A DNA stretch of 64,000 bases. Origin: Epithemia pelagica. Its lineage: Eukaryota; Protista; Bacillariophyta. The notes below the pieces were generated by a model that saw only the letters and a list, made by a program, of their open reading frames with translations, did no database searches and was not told the origin of the DNA. Position numbers and translations under genes: made by a program. The stretch's first letter is position 1; each line of letters starts with the position of its first letter. Location: assembly GCA_946965045.2 (NCBI GenBank), contig OX337234.1, positions 2,976,001 through 3,040,000 of the forward strand, read 5' to 3'. Below, in pieces: positions 47,401 through 59,500 of the stretch.

Positions 47401-49925
47401 ATCACGCAATTAAAGATGCCAAATTCATCAAAGACACGCTCCAATGTCGTATAGGCCTCTTTCTTCTTCTGCATAGCGTAAAATTGGACCCAGCCAAAAT
47501 CTGTGGCATATACTTGGCCACAAGTATTCTGTCCCAAAGACTTGACATCCGAGAAGAGAGTGTCAGTGTAGACATCTGCTCTTAGTCTGCGGTGTTTGAG
47601 TTGGTAAGCGGTGTGTTTGAGCCGCTTGCTCCCGATAGATTCCGAGAAATCTCGAACTCCCAACTGAGTAGTTTGTTGTTACGTTTTCTCGGCCATGGGA
47701 ATCCCAATTCCCCATCGTTTTGAAAGCGTGATGGGATCAACAGTCCCCTTCCGCTTATGCCGCATGTCGGCAATGACTCTTGAGTTGACCCGGACTGTGG
47801 CTGCCATTCTCTTATGCAACTCTCTTGGTCCTTTATTTCTTATCTGGTCGGACTCAACATAGGTTCTGAGTTTCCTTTCATTGACGTCTTCCGTCAAGTC
47901 ATTCGGATTCCACTCAGGATCAGAGTTGGTCATGTCGATCCGGTTTGAGGGATCAATTTCTTTGATCTCGTCCCAACTTGGCTTACGTACCGTGAAGCCA
48001 CTTATTACTCCTGTCAACTGAAAAGGGATCTTCATTTTCCCGTTTCCATCATTCAGTGGTGCGATTAGGGAATGTGACGTTGCTGTCCTGTTTTCTTCCT
48101 TGATGTATTTCAAGGGAACGTCATTTATTTCTATCCCTGCCTCCCGCATTTGATTCGGGTTTAGGAGGCACTTTTGCATCATTGGCAGATGCAAAGCTTG
48201 ATGAAAGTAAAGCAAGTATGTTTCTCCTGATTCCGGGTCATCATATGCCACGACACCGGTCACAATTGGAGTCTCCTTGATACTTCCCAACGTATTTGTG
48301 AAACCACTAACTTCAGCGTTGCCCGTTTCATGGAGTACAAGGCAAATGCTTCCGAGACAGCAGGTATCTGCGTGACTGTCAAGCTCGCATTGAGCTGTAG
48401 TGGCTACAATGTCGCTCGAGACTCCTTGGATGGAGTGTCAGATTCGTTCTTTGCCTCTATTCTTGCGTTGACTGATGATTGCTCCAATTCCGGCATCTTT
48501 CGCTTCATTCTGGTCATCTTCGCTAGATGAGTGACTTTCATCAGTCGTCGAGGTCGACGAACCATCGTTATTCTTCTTCTTCTTGCTTCCTGACGAGACT
48601 GCTGATGCAGTACGCTTCTTTGTGCTGCTATTCTTGGCATCACGAGTTTCCCGGACAAGCTGTTGCTGCTCCTTGGACAGTTTAATCCATTCTTTATAAG
48701 GGAAGTACCGATTCGGGTTGAAGGATTTGTTACCATTCTTTCCATTCCCATTCCCGTTGTTCTTATTTCCTTTATTGTTCACGTGCACGGCTGAGATACG
48801 TGCTTTCCTGGTAGTGGCGCTATAAGAGACCTTGTTGTCAAGGACCTCGGCCATATAATTTGATGCCAATTCAAAAGATGTACGTAGATTTGGCGTTGCC
48901 AGAATTTGATTCTTGGCACTCTCCAAACGAGGGTCGTGAATTCCTGTAAGGAGCACTCGAATCTTCCTCTCAGTACTGACCAATTCTCCAGTTGATTCTA
49001 AATCAGTGAAGGCTCGATGAAGCTGTTCGGTGTACCTTTCGTAGGTAAAGTTACGTCTGGTTCCGTCGTAATAGCTTGTTTCTAGGGTCTGGTCCGCTTT
49101 AGCACGCAACCTTGTTTGGTATGCGTCACCCAAATAGTGGCCTTTCAATGCTAAATATGCAGCACGCCCACTTCTTGCTCGACTGTAGGATTGCACCCAT
49201 CCCCATCCAGGTCCTCCATGTGTAATATGGCGGACAACATCCCATACGGCTTCATTATCTGTGAGGGCTGTCGGCCCGGTATGGGGAGCTCGACGGATTA
49301 ATTCATGGAGGTGAGAAGGCGTCGCATAACCTGGGTCAAGGTCGTCAGGTGGGGGAATGGTTTGAATCATTCTGGTTTAAGCGGCAAGAGGAATGCCTGT
49401 CACGCCTCTCTTCCGTTCCAAGTAGTCATCTAGATTTTCAAGGACACTTCGAATGTTCTCGACAGCTGTGAGGCGCTCAGGAAGTTCAATGTCGTTGTCA
49501 TATTCCTCCTCACTTTCTTTGAATCGATAGAGGGCTTGGAGATTCTCCAGACTAGCAGAGTTGGCTGCTGGGTCAAAGGTACGTGAGATCTTGGTGAGAT
49601 GCTGGATGTAATATCGCAGCATTTTGAGACGCTTCTCAATGACATGTCCAACGAGAACTCCAGGGTTTTGCATCGTCGTTGGGATGCCTGCAACTGGGTT
49701 AGCCGCATCGTAAGCAGGGTTTGGGATCGTACCCCCTGGCTTACGGGCATTGGTACAAATTTCGGCGATATCATTTTCCGACAAGCCTTGGAAATCGCTG
49801 ATGGAAGTAAGTCCTTGTCCATTCAAGGCATCTCGGACGCTCTGGTTGTTGATAAGGAGAGTGTTCTGCAAGTAACCGTTGAGGATTTCAAGCGGAGTTG
49901 GAGGAGCTGGAGGTGCGGCGTCCAT
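44457..49925 (-). pseudogene. Copia Gag-Pol polyprotein in one frame with three in-frame stops (49377-9, 48438-40, 47679-81)
   Basis: Protease ELDSHADTC; integrase TDT/PDNAPE/AEANIRELK; RT YVAGGH, IAGAYLNA, LYGLKTS, YIDD; RNase H VDADHAGD, DNMS, NLADLLTK. Confidence 0.95.
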
Positions 49926-51076
49926 GGTTAGCTTTCAATTTGCAATACTTGTTGGTATTCTTTCAGACTTTCACGTATTCGGAAGAGTGAATGATCCTCA
50001 TCTTTTGGGATTGTCATGTGAGCGATTGAAAGGTAGAAAGCATGCACAGCTGCATTATCGTCCCGCGTCACATAAGTGATATTTGTTATCGCTGGGTCGC
50101 ATGGCAGGCTTCTCTTTTCAACGGCAAAGATTGGCGCGTCCGCCATTGCCCAGGAGTGTGCGCATCGCAGACCACACTCCTTCACTAGTCCGGTCTGGCT
50201 CCGTTGCAAGTCAGATATTCTACAAGACTAGTGGAACAACCTCAAGGTTGACCATATGGGCGGATCATAGGGACATACTTAGTCCGATCCAGATATTTTC
50301 ACTACCTTCCCAGGCCATTGTGCAAGCTTAGCTTTCTCATCCTTTCGTCATGGCTCAGAGTCTTGGGTCTGATAAACCAAAGATCGGTCATGTTAAAGAC
50401 TCGTAATCATAAAGAGTGACTATTAAGATCCTCTATACTAGAGGTCTATGTTCGACTGAGTTCAGAATGAACGTGTCGGGTAAGCCGGCAGGCTAAGGGG
50501 GTCTGGGGGTGGGAAAACAACAAAGACTAGAAAGAATTTTTTTAGCTCAAGAGTCGAAATTCAGTACTTTTCACCAAAAGCTTCCCACGTTAGGCAGAAA
50601 ACGCCGGGCCAACCCCTATTCAAAACCATTCAGCCCCGAAGAAAAACAATGATCGAAGAACGGTCATCCATTGTTTTATCACTCCATCAAATAAAAACCA
50701 TTTCACCACGCTGTTCCACGTCAGAATCTCGTCTGTTTTATCAATCCATTAATAAACTCATTTTTTCACCACGCTGTTCCACGTCAGAATCACGCCCAAC
50801 GAACCAACCCACGAAACATCTCCCCACGCCATAAGGAGTTTAGCAACTTTGTCACTAACACCAGAAGCTGAAGATTCAGACTTGTAGAAATGCATCCGAA
50901 GGCAACACAAATTGGAGTAAGATCCCCCCAGACATAGGCATTCCTAGTAAGAATCAGGCGTGCCGACGAAAAATCGTACAGTATTACCATACTAAAGTTT
51001 TTTTAGAATATAGGCGGGATTACGTTTCTACAACCGATCGTACCCATTCACTCTCTCCGTTCCCCGTACTTTCCGA

Positions 51077-51865
51077 TTAGACGAGATCCACACGCGGAAA
51101 ATAGTTCAAGTACTGATGTTCCTGTACAACGGCATCCATCAATCTCACGTTAAATTCAAGCTCTAATGTCACGATAGCATTGTCGTCGAAAATCGTTTCC
51201 ACCACAGTCGCATTAATGCCCAATTGGTCGCTCGTCCCCGATTTTTTGAGAATCATGAAACCAGGGTCAACCCCCGGTAGGTAGGTCTTGTACAACTCAG
51301 CCATCACATCACGAATCTCCCAGAAACGATTAACATGAACAATCAACTCACCCATCAAATTGTTGGTCTTGACCCGGCAAGGGAGCCAGTCGTGAGAAGG
51401 ACTAGCAAACGTGACAGGGCGTTGAATACCAGACGGAAAGCGATTACGAAATCCTCCCTCAATCGTCGACAACTTGTCAATCGGAAAGGGCCTGGACGTA
51501 GTAGGCGGACGAAAATAGATCTTGTAGCTACCCTTCAATACCAAATCTTGCTCAACCTTAGGCAATCCCCAGCTGTGTCCCCCACTCGAATCCACTGACC
51601 ACCGAACTCGCATGATTCGTCCGTCATGACCAAGAGATTCACCACCATCGATCACCTGGTTAGTCTGATCATCTGCCAAGCCAATCAAAGTTTCCGGAAC
51701 CTCCAACGCTTCGGAAACGCGAAGCCGAATGACGTCGAGTGGAGTGTCTTGCATGCACATTGCACCGAATCCCCACGTCGGCGAAACTTTGACAATAAAC
51801 TGCGCCATCTCGTCGTCGGCCCCAACAACGAAGTGCCGCGACGGCAAAACAACCAACTGAACCAT
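51077..51865 (-). CDS. Helitron cargo A: two predicted ubiquitin-like domains
   Basis: Intact ORF, ATG 51865. FIVKV...DTPLDVIRLRVSEALEVPETLIGL and CRVKT...EIRDVMAELYK..GVDPGFMIL follow the beta-beta-alpha-beta pattern of ubiquitin. Paralog of 62559-63326; no C-terminal GG. Confidence 0.6.
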   Translation of the reverse strand: MVQLVVLPSRHFVVGADDEMAQFIVKVSPTWGFGAMCMQDTPLDVIRLRVSEALEVPETLIGLADDQTNQVIDGGESLGHDGRIMRVRWSVDSSGGHSWGLPKVEQDLVLKGSYKIYFRPPTTSRPFPIDKLSTIEGGFRNRFPSGIQRPVTFASPSHDWLPCRVKTNNLMGELIVHVNRFWEIRDVMAELYKTYLPGVDPGFMILKKSGTSDQLGINATVVETIFDDNAIVTLELEFNVRLMDAVVQEHQYLNYFPRVDLV

Positions 51866-52123
51866 AGTCTTGACAACTGAGGTAAGTGCACAAATGCAGA
51901 CTGTGGTGGACACGAAAATTTATGAGACATCTTCGTTTCTAACCTTTTCCTCTATTCTGTTACCAGAAAAACCCACCCGCAAACTTATTCGACACCAACC
52001 GTAACCACACCTCCACGGAGGTCGTGCCGCGGAAACTCGTCACGGTGGACAGAAACCGACCGACACGACAATCAACCGAAAACCCACCCAACAATCAAAC
52101 ACATTTCGACGACGGACCGTGCC

Positions 52124-52825
52124 ATGGATCACCAGCTACTGTTAGTTGGTCCATTGTTTTGCTACATGTATCCTCGTCGTGCCATCTACCGTAACCGTGC
52201 CGGCTTTTTGCGTCATCCAGGCATGCCTGGTTATCGTGCACGCACAACGATCGACGGCGGCTGTTCTTTCCAACCCGTGGATTGTTACGTGCGTGTGAGT
52301 GATACGGTCGACTTCCGTACCTGCGTAGTCAAAAAGTACTCCACGGCAATTCACGTTTTACGCACCATTGCAAAAAAGATGCGGATTCCTCTATGTGACA
52401 TTCGCCTAACCAAGCAAAACGGAAAACGGATTGCTATGAAGGCATATGTGTTCGAAAGCGACAGCGATCTATCTAACGGTGCTATTACACTGGCTATGGT
52501 GATGGGAAGTCATCGTGATTTCAGCGAGACTTACCTTCCCGAGAATTTTTCGCTTTCGTCAACACCAGAATGCAAACAGGAAAACGACAATGAGCAAGAC
52601 GACGAGGATGAGGAAGACGATTCCGAAGAAGAGCTAGACGGGCAAGACCATGAGGATGATGATTCAGAAGAAGAGAAACAAGACGGGCAAGACCATGAGA
52701 ACGATGATTCAGAAGAAGATGATGATTCCGTTGTGTTGGTTGACAAGATCGAACAAGCGGAGAGCATTGGAGGCAAGCGAGACTCGTGCCGATTGTCGCG
52801 TTTGGTAGAAGAGGCGTATGTCTGA
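52124..52825 (+). CDS. Helitron cargo B: predicted SUMO/ubiquitin-like domain plus acidic repeat tail
   Basis: CYVRV...CVVKKYSTAIHVLRTIAKKMRIPLCDIRLTKQNGKRI resembles SUMO/Ubl. DGQDHE(D/N)DDSEE occurs twice. Confidence 0.5.
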   Translation: MDHQLLLVGPLFCYMYPRRAIYRNRAGFLRHPGMPGYRARTTIDGGCSFQPVDCYVRVSDTVDFRTCVVKKYSTAIHVLRTIAKKMRIPLCDIRLTKQNGKRIAMKAYVFESDSDLSNGAITLAMVMGSHRDFSETYLPENFSLSSTPECKQENDNEQDDEDEEDDSEEELDGQDHEDDDSEEEKQDGQDHENDDSEEDDDSVVLVDKIEQAESIGGKRDSCRLSRLVEEAYV

Positions 52826-53467
52826 TTGTTGCGGCTCGTCTCCAGTTGCGGCGGATCAAGAAACCAAACACCATTGTTTTTTGAGGTGAAAAATTGAGTA
52901 CCTTTCCGCCGTTTGTTGTCTTTGACACCACCACGTCTCAATTTAGACGATAGTAGTTTCTCTTGCATCACATCTTCTTGTTCATTTCCATAGGGATCTT
53001 CTTGTTGGGATCCTCTTGTTCATTTCCATAGGGAGTGAGAGCCAAATGGACAACGGCAGCCTTGAGAGCCTCCATTAGGCCGTATCGCCATTGTTCCCCG
53101 ATCTTTTTGGACAATCCTTTGCCAATTAGGCATCTTTGGTCCTTGGCATGTCGTCGATGATGGATGGTCAACAAATAACGCTAAACGCACGTCTCGTATT
53201 CTTCCATGTCCACGTAGGTGTCTCTCTGTCTCTCGCTTTGTCAATTTCAATGGTGCCAACCAAAGATCCGTCATCGCTCCCATGTGCAGAGCGAGAGGAA
53301 AAAGAAAGTAGGAGAATCACTGCGAATCGCAATGAAGGACAACCACTTGTATCTGTATGCAACCCTATAAGCACGAAACACTTGCGGCGCCGGCCTTAAG
53401 ACTTAAAGATTAGATTACTACAACAACTAATCAAAGGCCAATCTCTCCGTGCTCTCCATACAAGACC

Positions 53468-54348
53468 TCAGCCTTGAGTCATGCCGGGATATCCGAACTT
53501 GAAGCGCGCGACATTCGAATAACGACCGTTACGGTCGACGCTGAAAACCGAGTCATGTTCCACGTGTTCACCACCTTCACCACCGTCAAAAAACTGGGAA
53601 TAAAAATTCGTCGTGGGACTCCCTTCTTCGGCCAAGTAGCTATCGATTATTTCCGCCACGTGCTCATCGGTAAATAGATGATCAAGCGCGCGAGGCGGGC
53701 TCTGAGTGTGGTCGAACTCCGCCTTGTAAATATAATCCTTTTCCCAAGTAACATTGGCGTTCTCATTGTCCGCGCGCTCAAGAATCTCGATTAGCTTCTC
53801 CGCGAATTCTTTCTTGAGCTGCGCGTGCGCAGTGCTATCAACCAACGGATTGTGCTCGGTAGGCGGGCACGCGACAACACATGGCCAGAAAAAAACACCT
53901 TGGTTCGGCTTGGGGGGGCCCTTCACCAACGGAAGGTTCTTCTCGCGCGACACACGACGGTGTAGGGTCGTGATGCGCATGTCATACGATTCGAGCTCGC
54001 CTTGCGCACTATTGAGAATTTCGTCAGTGACTGGCTTCAGATATCCCGATTCTTCAACACCCGCCTTCTGAAGCTTAAGATACCCAACAATAAACGCTCC
54101 CTTCGGACCACACTGTTCGAGGTGAACCTGTGTCACCTGTGGCCCAGCCGCAGATGCACGGACGTCCTTCACTTTCTTCTTCCCTTTCGAAGCAAATGGA
54201 TTCCTCTTGAGCTTAACGGGAGTAACCACTTTGTGTGCACCCTGATACACATCGGGTGTTTCTGTTGCGTTGGTCTGCAAAAATGGGGAAGGTAAGTAGG
54301 CGCCGGGCCAAGCACCATGGTTATTGCACGACGAACGGAACTCACCAT
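53468..54348 (-). CDS. Helitron cargo C: unknown ~270-aa protein with an ATG-only first exon
   Basis: ATG (54348-54346) is followed directly by GTGAGT. The intron 54345-54275 ends in a pyrimidine tract + CAG and joins in frame to the open ORF (TNATETP...). Confidence 0.6.
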
Positions 54349-54532
54349 GCTGTCTTACTCAACTTTCTCCAGATAAGACACAAATTGTTCTCAGCCGGAT
54401 TTATGAGATCAACAGGAAATGAATGCTGTTAAGGTTGATTGTCGTGCCATCTCCATCAGTCCATTAACGTCGAATCCAGGTCGAGTCGTACCGTGGACTG
54501 CAACGGTCCATTTATGTCATCATCAGGACACA

Positions 54533-54829
54533 CAACAATTTACACACATACCCAACAATCAACCACGAATGCAGCAGCGTGAATCACCGGACGAAGTGCC
54601 AATGCAATCGGAGACACCACAAACAGCACACAGATTCAACAATCAACCACGACCGCAAGAGGACCGTGGAACACAACCGACAACAATTTACACACATACC
54701 CAACAATCAACCACGAATGCAGCAGCGTGAACCACCCGACAAAGTGCCAATGCAATCGGAGACACCACAAACACCAACAGATTCAACAATCAACCACGAC
54801 CGCAAGAGGACCGTGGAACACAAGAGCGA
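54533..54829. repeat. Two-copy 148-bp tandem repeat inside the Helitron
   Basis: CAACAATTTACACACATACCCAACAATCAACCACG... starts at 54533 and 54681. Confidence 0.9.
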
Positions 54830-56114
54830 AAAACACCACGCCGTACCGGGGGAGATGCCAATGCTGACGGAGACACAACAACGCGATGCACAGCAATCAA
54901 ACTACCTAGTCCGTTCCCATCAGCCCACGGCGTGCAGTCTATTTCCACGATCTTTCAAGCACCACACATATTCAACAATCAAACACGACCGCAGCGTGAA
55001 ACACAACACTAGTACAGTCTGTGGTACTAATCTAGCGTGGTGATTAACGTAGTAGTCCGGCGTGTTAGTTGTGTGCCGTCCACGTTTTTCTAGTACATTA
55101 CGGATTGGAACTGATCAGCATCCACTCCATCCATCTTGTTTCATTATTTCTTGCTTTCATTATTTTGTTTTCCGGTGCTGGTTCACAGTTCACAGCTCAC
55201 TGCATAATTTGTCGGTTGGTTGTTGGTACTTGGTACGAAGTTTATCACACGTATTGTTGTGTAACCGCGTGTTCTTGTGGCGGCTGAGTAACCACGTGTA
55301 ACCACGTGTGTTTGTGTGAAACGATCTGAGGAAGGAAGTGTGTCGCTTGATTCCGTGTGTGAGTTCTGTGTCTTTGCTAACAAAATCCGGGGAACCATCG
55401 GTGGTAACCAATCCAACCGGCAACTGGATTTCCAATCCCTAGAGATTGTTGTACACCCCCATCCCGTACCTTGAGTACAAGTAGACCGAAAGGTTGAAAA
55501 GAGGGCGATCCTTGCCAGACCGGCTGGATACCGTCAGGGGGGCGGAGTTTAAAGTACTCGACAGGTACAACTCCGCGTGCTACGGCACATCATTGCGCAC
55601 TAACGAAACATCTGTCGCGGCTGTGCTCGCCACATAGTCGGTACTCTTTTCTGCATCACGGACAGGGCGACTGATTCCGCGGGACCGAAACTGAATCTTG
55701 GTTGTCTTACGACATCGTCTGTCGTCGGCCGTGTGAAGTGGGCGACTGATTCGCGATCTGAACGGAAATCTGAGTCTTGGTTGACCTACGACGCCGTCTG
55801 TCGTCGGCCGTGTGGAGTACGGGCAAGGGACTGGCGATCCCACAGTGATTGAACAAGACTCAAGTATCAAGACTACATGGACAGGCTCAGTGCGTGGATC
55901 CCTAACAGGTGAAGCTGCCAGTCACGTGACATTATTGTCTGTGATATACTGACAACCTGGATTACTACAGTGTGAGGGGCCCGCTTTTCGTAATAAGTCG
56001 GGTACTACGGCAACGCGGCTGTTGGAAAAGAGGCTTCCTCAATAATTGTTTCTGACAACAAAGGAATTCCTGCCACAGCTTTCGTGCTTACAGCGACTTA
56101 CACTGAGTAACATA

Positions 56115-56553
<439 letters not shown>

Positions 56554-56560
56554 CAGTGAC

Positions 56561-59500
56561 ATGCATTTTGTTTGTTTGATTTTTAGCGTCATTTTAGTCA
56601 TGAATGCAAATGTTAGGGCAAGATCTCAGGGCATTAGAAATGCAGAATCCTCGCGCAATGGGTTGTTGTACACAGACGCACAGGGCAACTCCAACGCAAA
56701 AATATGCTGTGTTTGTGACACATTGATTCCATACGGTGATGAAAAATGCTTGACCATACAGGACATCCGTCACAAACATTTGTGTTCTGTGTTGTCGAAG
56801 AAGAACTTGGGTTTGTTGGAGTATGGGATTAAACAGGAAGGGTAGGTTGCTATCCAGAAGCACTATACACAGGACTGTTATACGACTAGACGAAAGGAGT
56901 TTAAGTTTCTGAACAATTTGGTTTTGTCCCCCAAATCATACCCCGCCAAAAAGGGCACAAAAGAAGGCCTTGGATGCTATAGGGCTTGTCACTCGCACCT
57001 TCAGAACATGAAAAACAAGAAAGGTGACTGCACCCCACCACGCTATGCCATTGTTAACGGCCTATCGATTGGAAAGCCTCCTGTGTGTTTGACAGACCTT
57101 AATGAGGTTGAATTGGCTATGATAGCGCCCGCTAGGACAAACAAACACATTTTTTCATTTACCGCTGGTAGCCATAAATCAATCAGGGGATGGCATTCGC
57201 TGTACTATAATGACCTTGATGCTGTCAATGGCGTTGTTAATTGGTGTAATGAGGCAACCACACAACGACACCAGCAAGGAGAAAGCAATGATAGCATAAG
57301 TGGGGAAGAAAACGCAGAAAAGAAGTTATACATTCCTACAATCGCGGTGGTATTGTGCGGCCCGTTTACGTCGGCCCAGCGTGCAAAAGTGAGGGAGAAA
57401 ACCGAAGTGAGATGGGAAAAAAATGCAAAATGCACTGGTATGGTTAAAAGCAAATAACCCACTATATGCAGAATATGATCTCCCAACAGACGCAATGCTG
57501 AAACCAATTTTCCTTGACAAAGCAGAGATTGTTCCTGAATCGTCGTCAAATGTCGAGCTGGTTTTTGAAATCAATGCGGTTTTCCCGGACTCTGATGAAC
57601 CCAAAACAGGTAATGGTGGGTTCGCGACTCAGCAGGAGTTCAGAAATGCTTCTGTAGAAAATTTAGTAACACCAGAGTCTGACAAGCAAGCAACATTGAT
57701 ATCCCGGCCAACCCCACATCTACTCCGTGATTATGAGGGTGACAACTTGATTCGTGCGTTCCCCCTTCAGTTTCCCTACGGAATTGGCGGTCGTAATTCG
57801 GAGGGTGAATTGCGGCAGGGGTTGGGTATCTGAAACATTTGTCTATGTTAGCCCCATCACGTTTTCATGGGGCAGCCTTTATATGTGTCCTTCATAATAT
57901 GTTTGAGAGACAAAGAATGGTTGCCAATACTTTCCTTAGGGTGTCTGATTCACAAGCACAGTCGTTTCCAGATATTTCGACAGAGGCAATTGAGGAGGCC
58001 TTGCGGATGATGCAGGACAACGTGTCATGTTCCACCCCGGGATACATGTTTCTTCAAAAGCTGAGAGCGATTACTTCTTCCATGGGCCATACGTTGGGTG
58101 CGGCAAAAAGGGCCCGACAGAGAATGTTTTCGATGATTTCGCATCATGGTTTGCCGTCTTTGTTGTTTACAATTACACCAGAGGATGCAATTAACTACAG
58201 AATCAGGGTAATGTCGACGGGCGGGACGGGCGAGCGTCCACCACCTGATCCATTCACTTGTGATTTCAGTGAACTTGCAAAATATGCTAAGGAATGTAAG
58301 GAAATCAGGGTTGATAATCCAGGGCTGTGTGCATTTGATTTTGAGAATGTACTCCGGATTACAATCGCACATTTGATAGGGTGAGACGAAACTGAACAGA
58401 AAAACAAACCCAGCTTTGGAATATTTGGAGACATAAGTGGGTGGTGTTACGCAGTTGAGGAACAGGGACGAAAAACCCTACATGCACATTTTCTGCTGTG
58501 GGTGAAAGATTGGGCAAAATTGCTAAATGGGCTATCAGATGAAAGCCTCAGGGACACGTTCAAGAAGCAAATGGAGAAATATGTGTCAGCCGTGTCAAGT
58601 GCGGAATTGCATGGTAACGATTGTCAACCGGTGTGCACAAATGATGGCTGCTCTGGGTCTGTCTTGGAGCACTGCAGTGCGCAGGACTTGCGAAATCTCC
58701 GTACACGGGCAGGAAAGACGGCTTTGGGTGGGAAACAAATTATGAAGTGTGAAACCTGTGAAAAAGGCTACTCAAGTGAGGATCTGGTAAAAATCCTAAT
58801 TGACCCAATGTTTTCTCTGCAGGGGGGGGACAATGAACCGTTTTGGCCACATGTTTCTTCACAACACACAAAATATCAGCTTCTTATGGAGTTTGCATTG
58901 ATGCGGCATAATCATCCGTTTGTTCCGAAGATCCTCGACGATAAACAAGCTGCAAGGTTTGTCGCAGCTTTGAGGAACCTACATAATTCGAATCACTGTA
59001 CAGCATGTCTCAAAAAAGGGGGAGAATGCCGGATGAAGATTCCCAACCTTCCCTTTGAAAGAACCACTTTGGTTTTTGATGAGCATTACACTAATTGGTA
59101 CGACTGGAAAGGGAACAACCGTGCACGACAGCTTTTCCATGTAGGTCATAAGCGTTCCACAGCAGATGTTATGATGAATATCCATAATCGTGCTGCAAGT
59201 AATCTGTTTGCTTGTAACACCAATGTGGTTGCGGGTGTCGATGGTGGTAGTGTCATGTATATGACATGCTATGTGTCGAAGAATACGCAGAATGAGGACA
59301 ATGAGCATTTTGCTTCTGCCGCGAAGCATATGGTTCGTAAAATGAAGACGTATTTAAGCAACGATTTAGAGGACAATGAGAATCGGGAGAACAACACTGC
59401 CGATACTGATAATGACAAAGTCCTGCACGGTATGCGTGGGCTAATTGGTGCTGTTTTGCTTTCTACGGGGGCACACGTATGCAGTGCACCAATGTCAGCG

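Noticed and set aside
44457-49925. Programmed stop-codon readthrough or a recoded genetic code explaining the in-frame stops
   Set aside because: The stops are mixed (TAA, TGA, TAG), occur only in TE and pseudogene ORFs, and host genes use normal stops.
50449-50451. TGT as a 3-bp TSD of a CACTA-type element
   Set aside because: No CACTA ends or symmetric TIRs; the element encodes Rep-helicase, so the overlap is better read as boundary ambiguity.
52968-53283. Possible fifth cargo gene (two short overlapping minus ORFs)
   Set aside because: Requires a frameshift and shows no motif or paralog support.
54533-54829. Possible CRISPR-like array among the direct repeats (also 3155-3240, 50701-50791, 62290-62472)
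   Set aside because: Only two copies each, no unique spacers, no cas genes, and a eukaryotic context.
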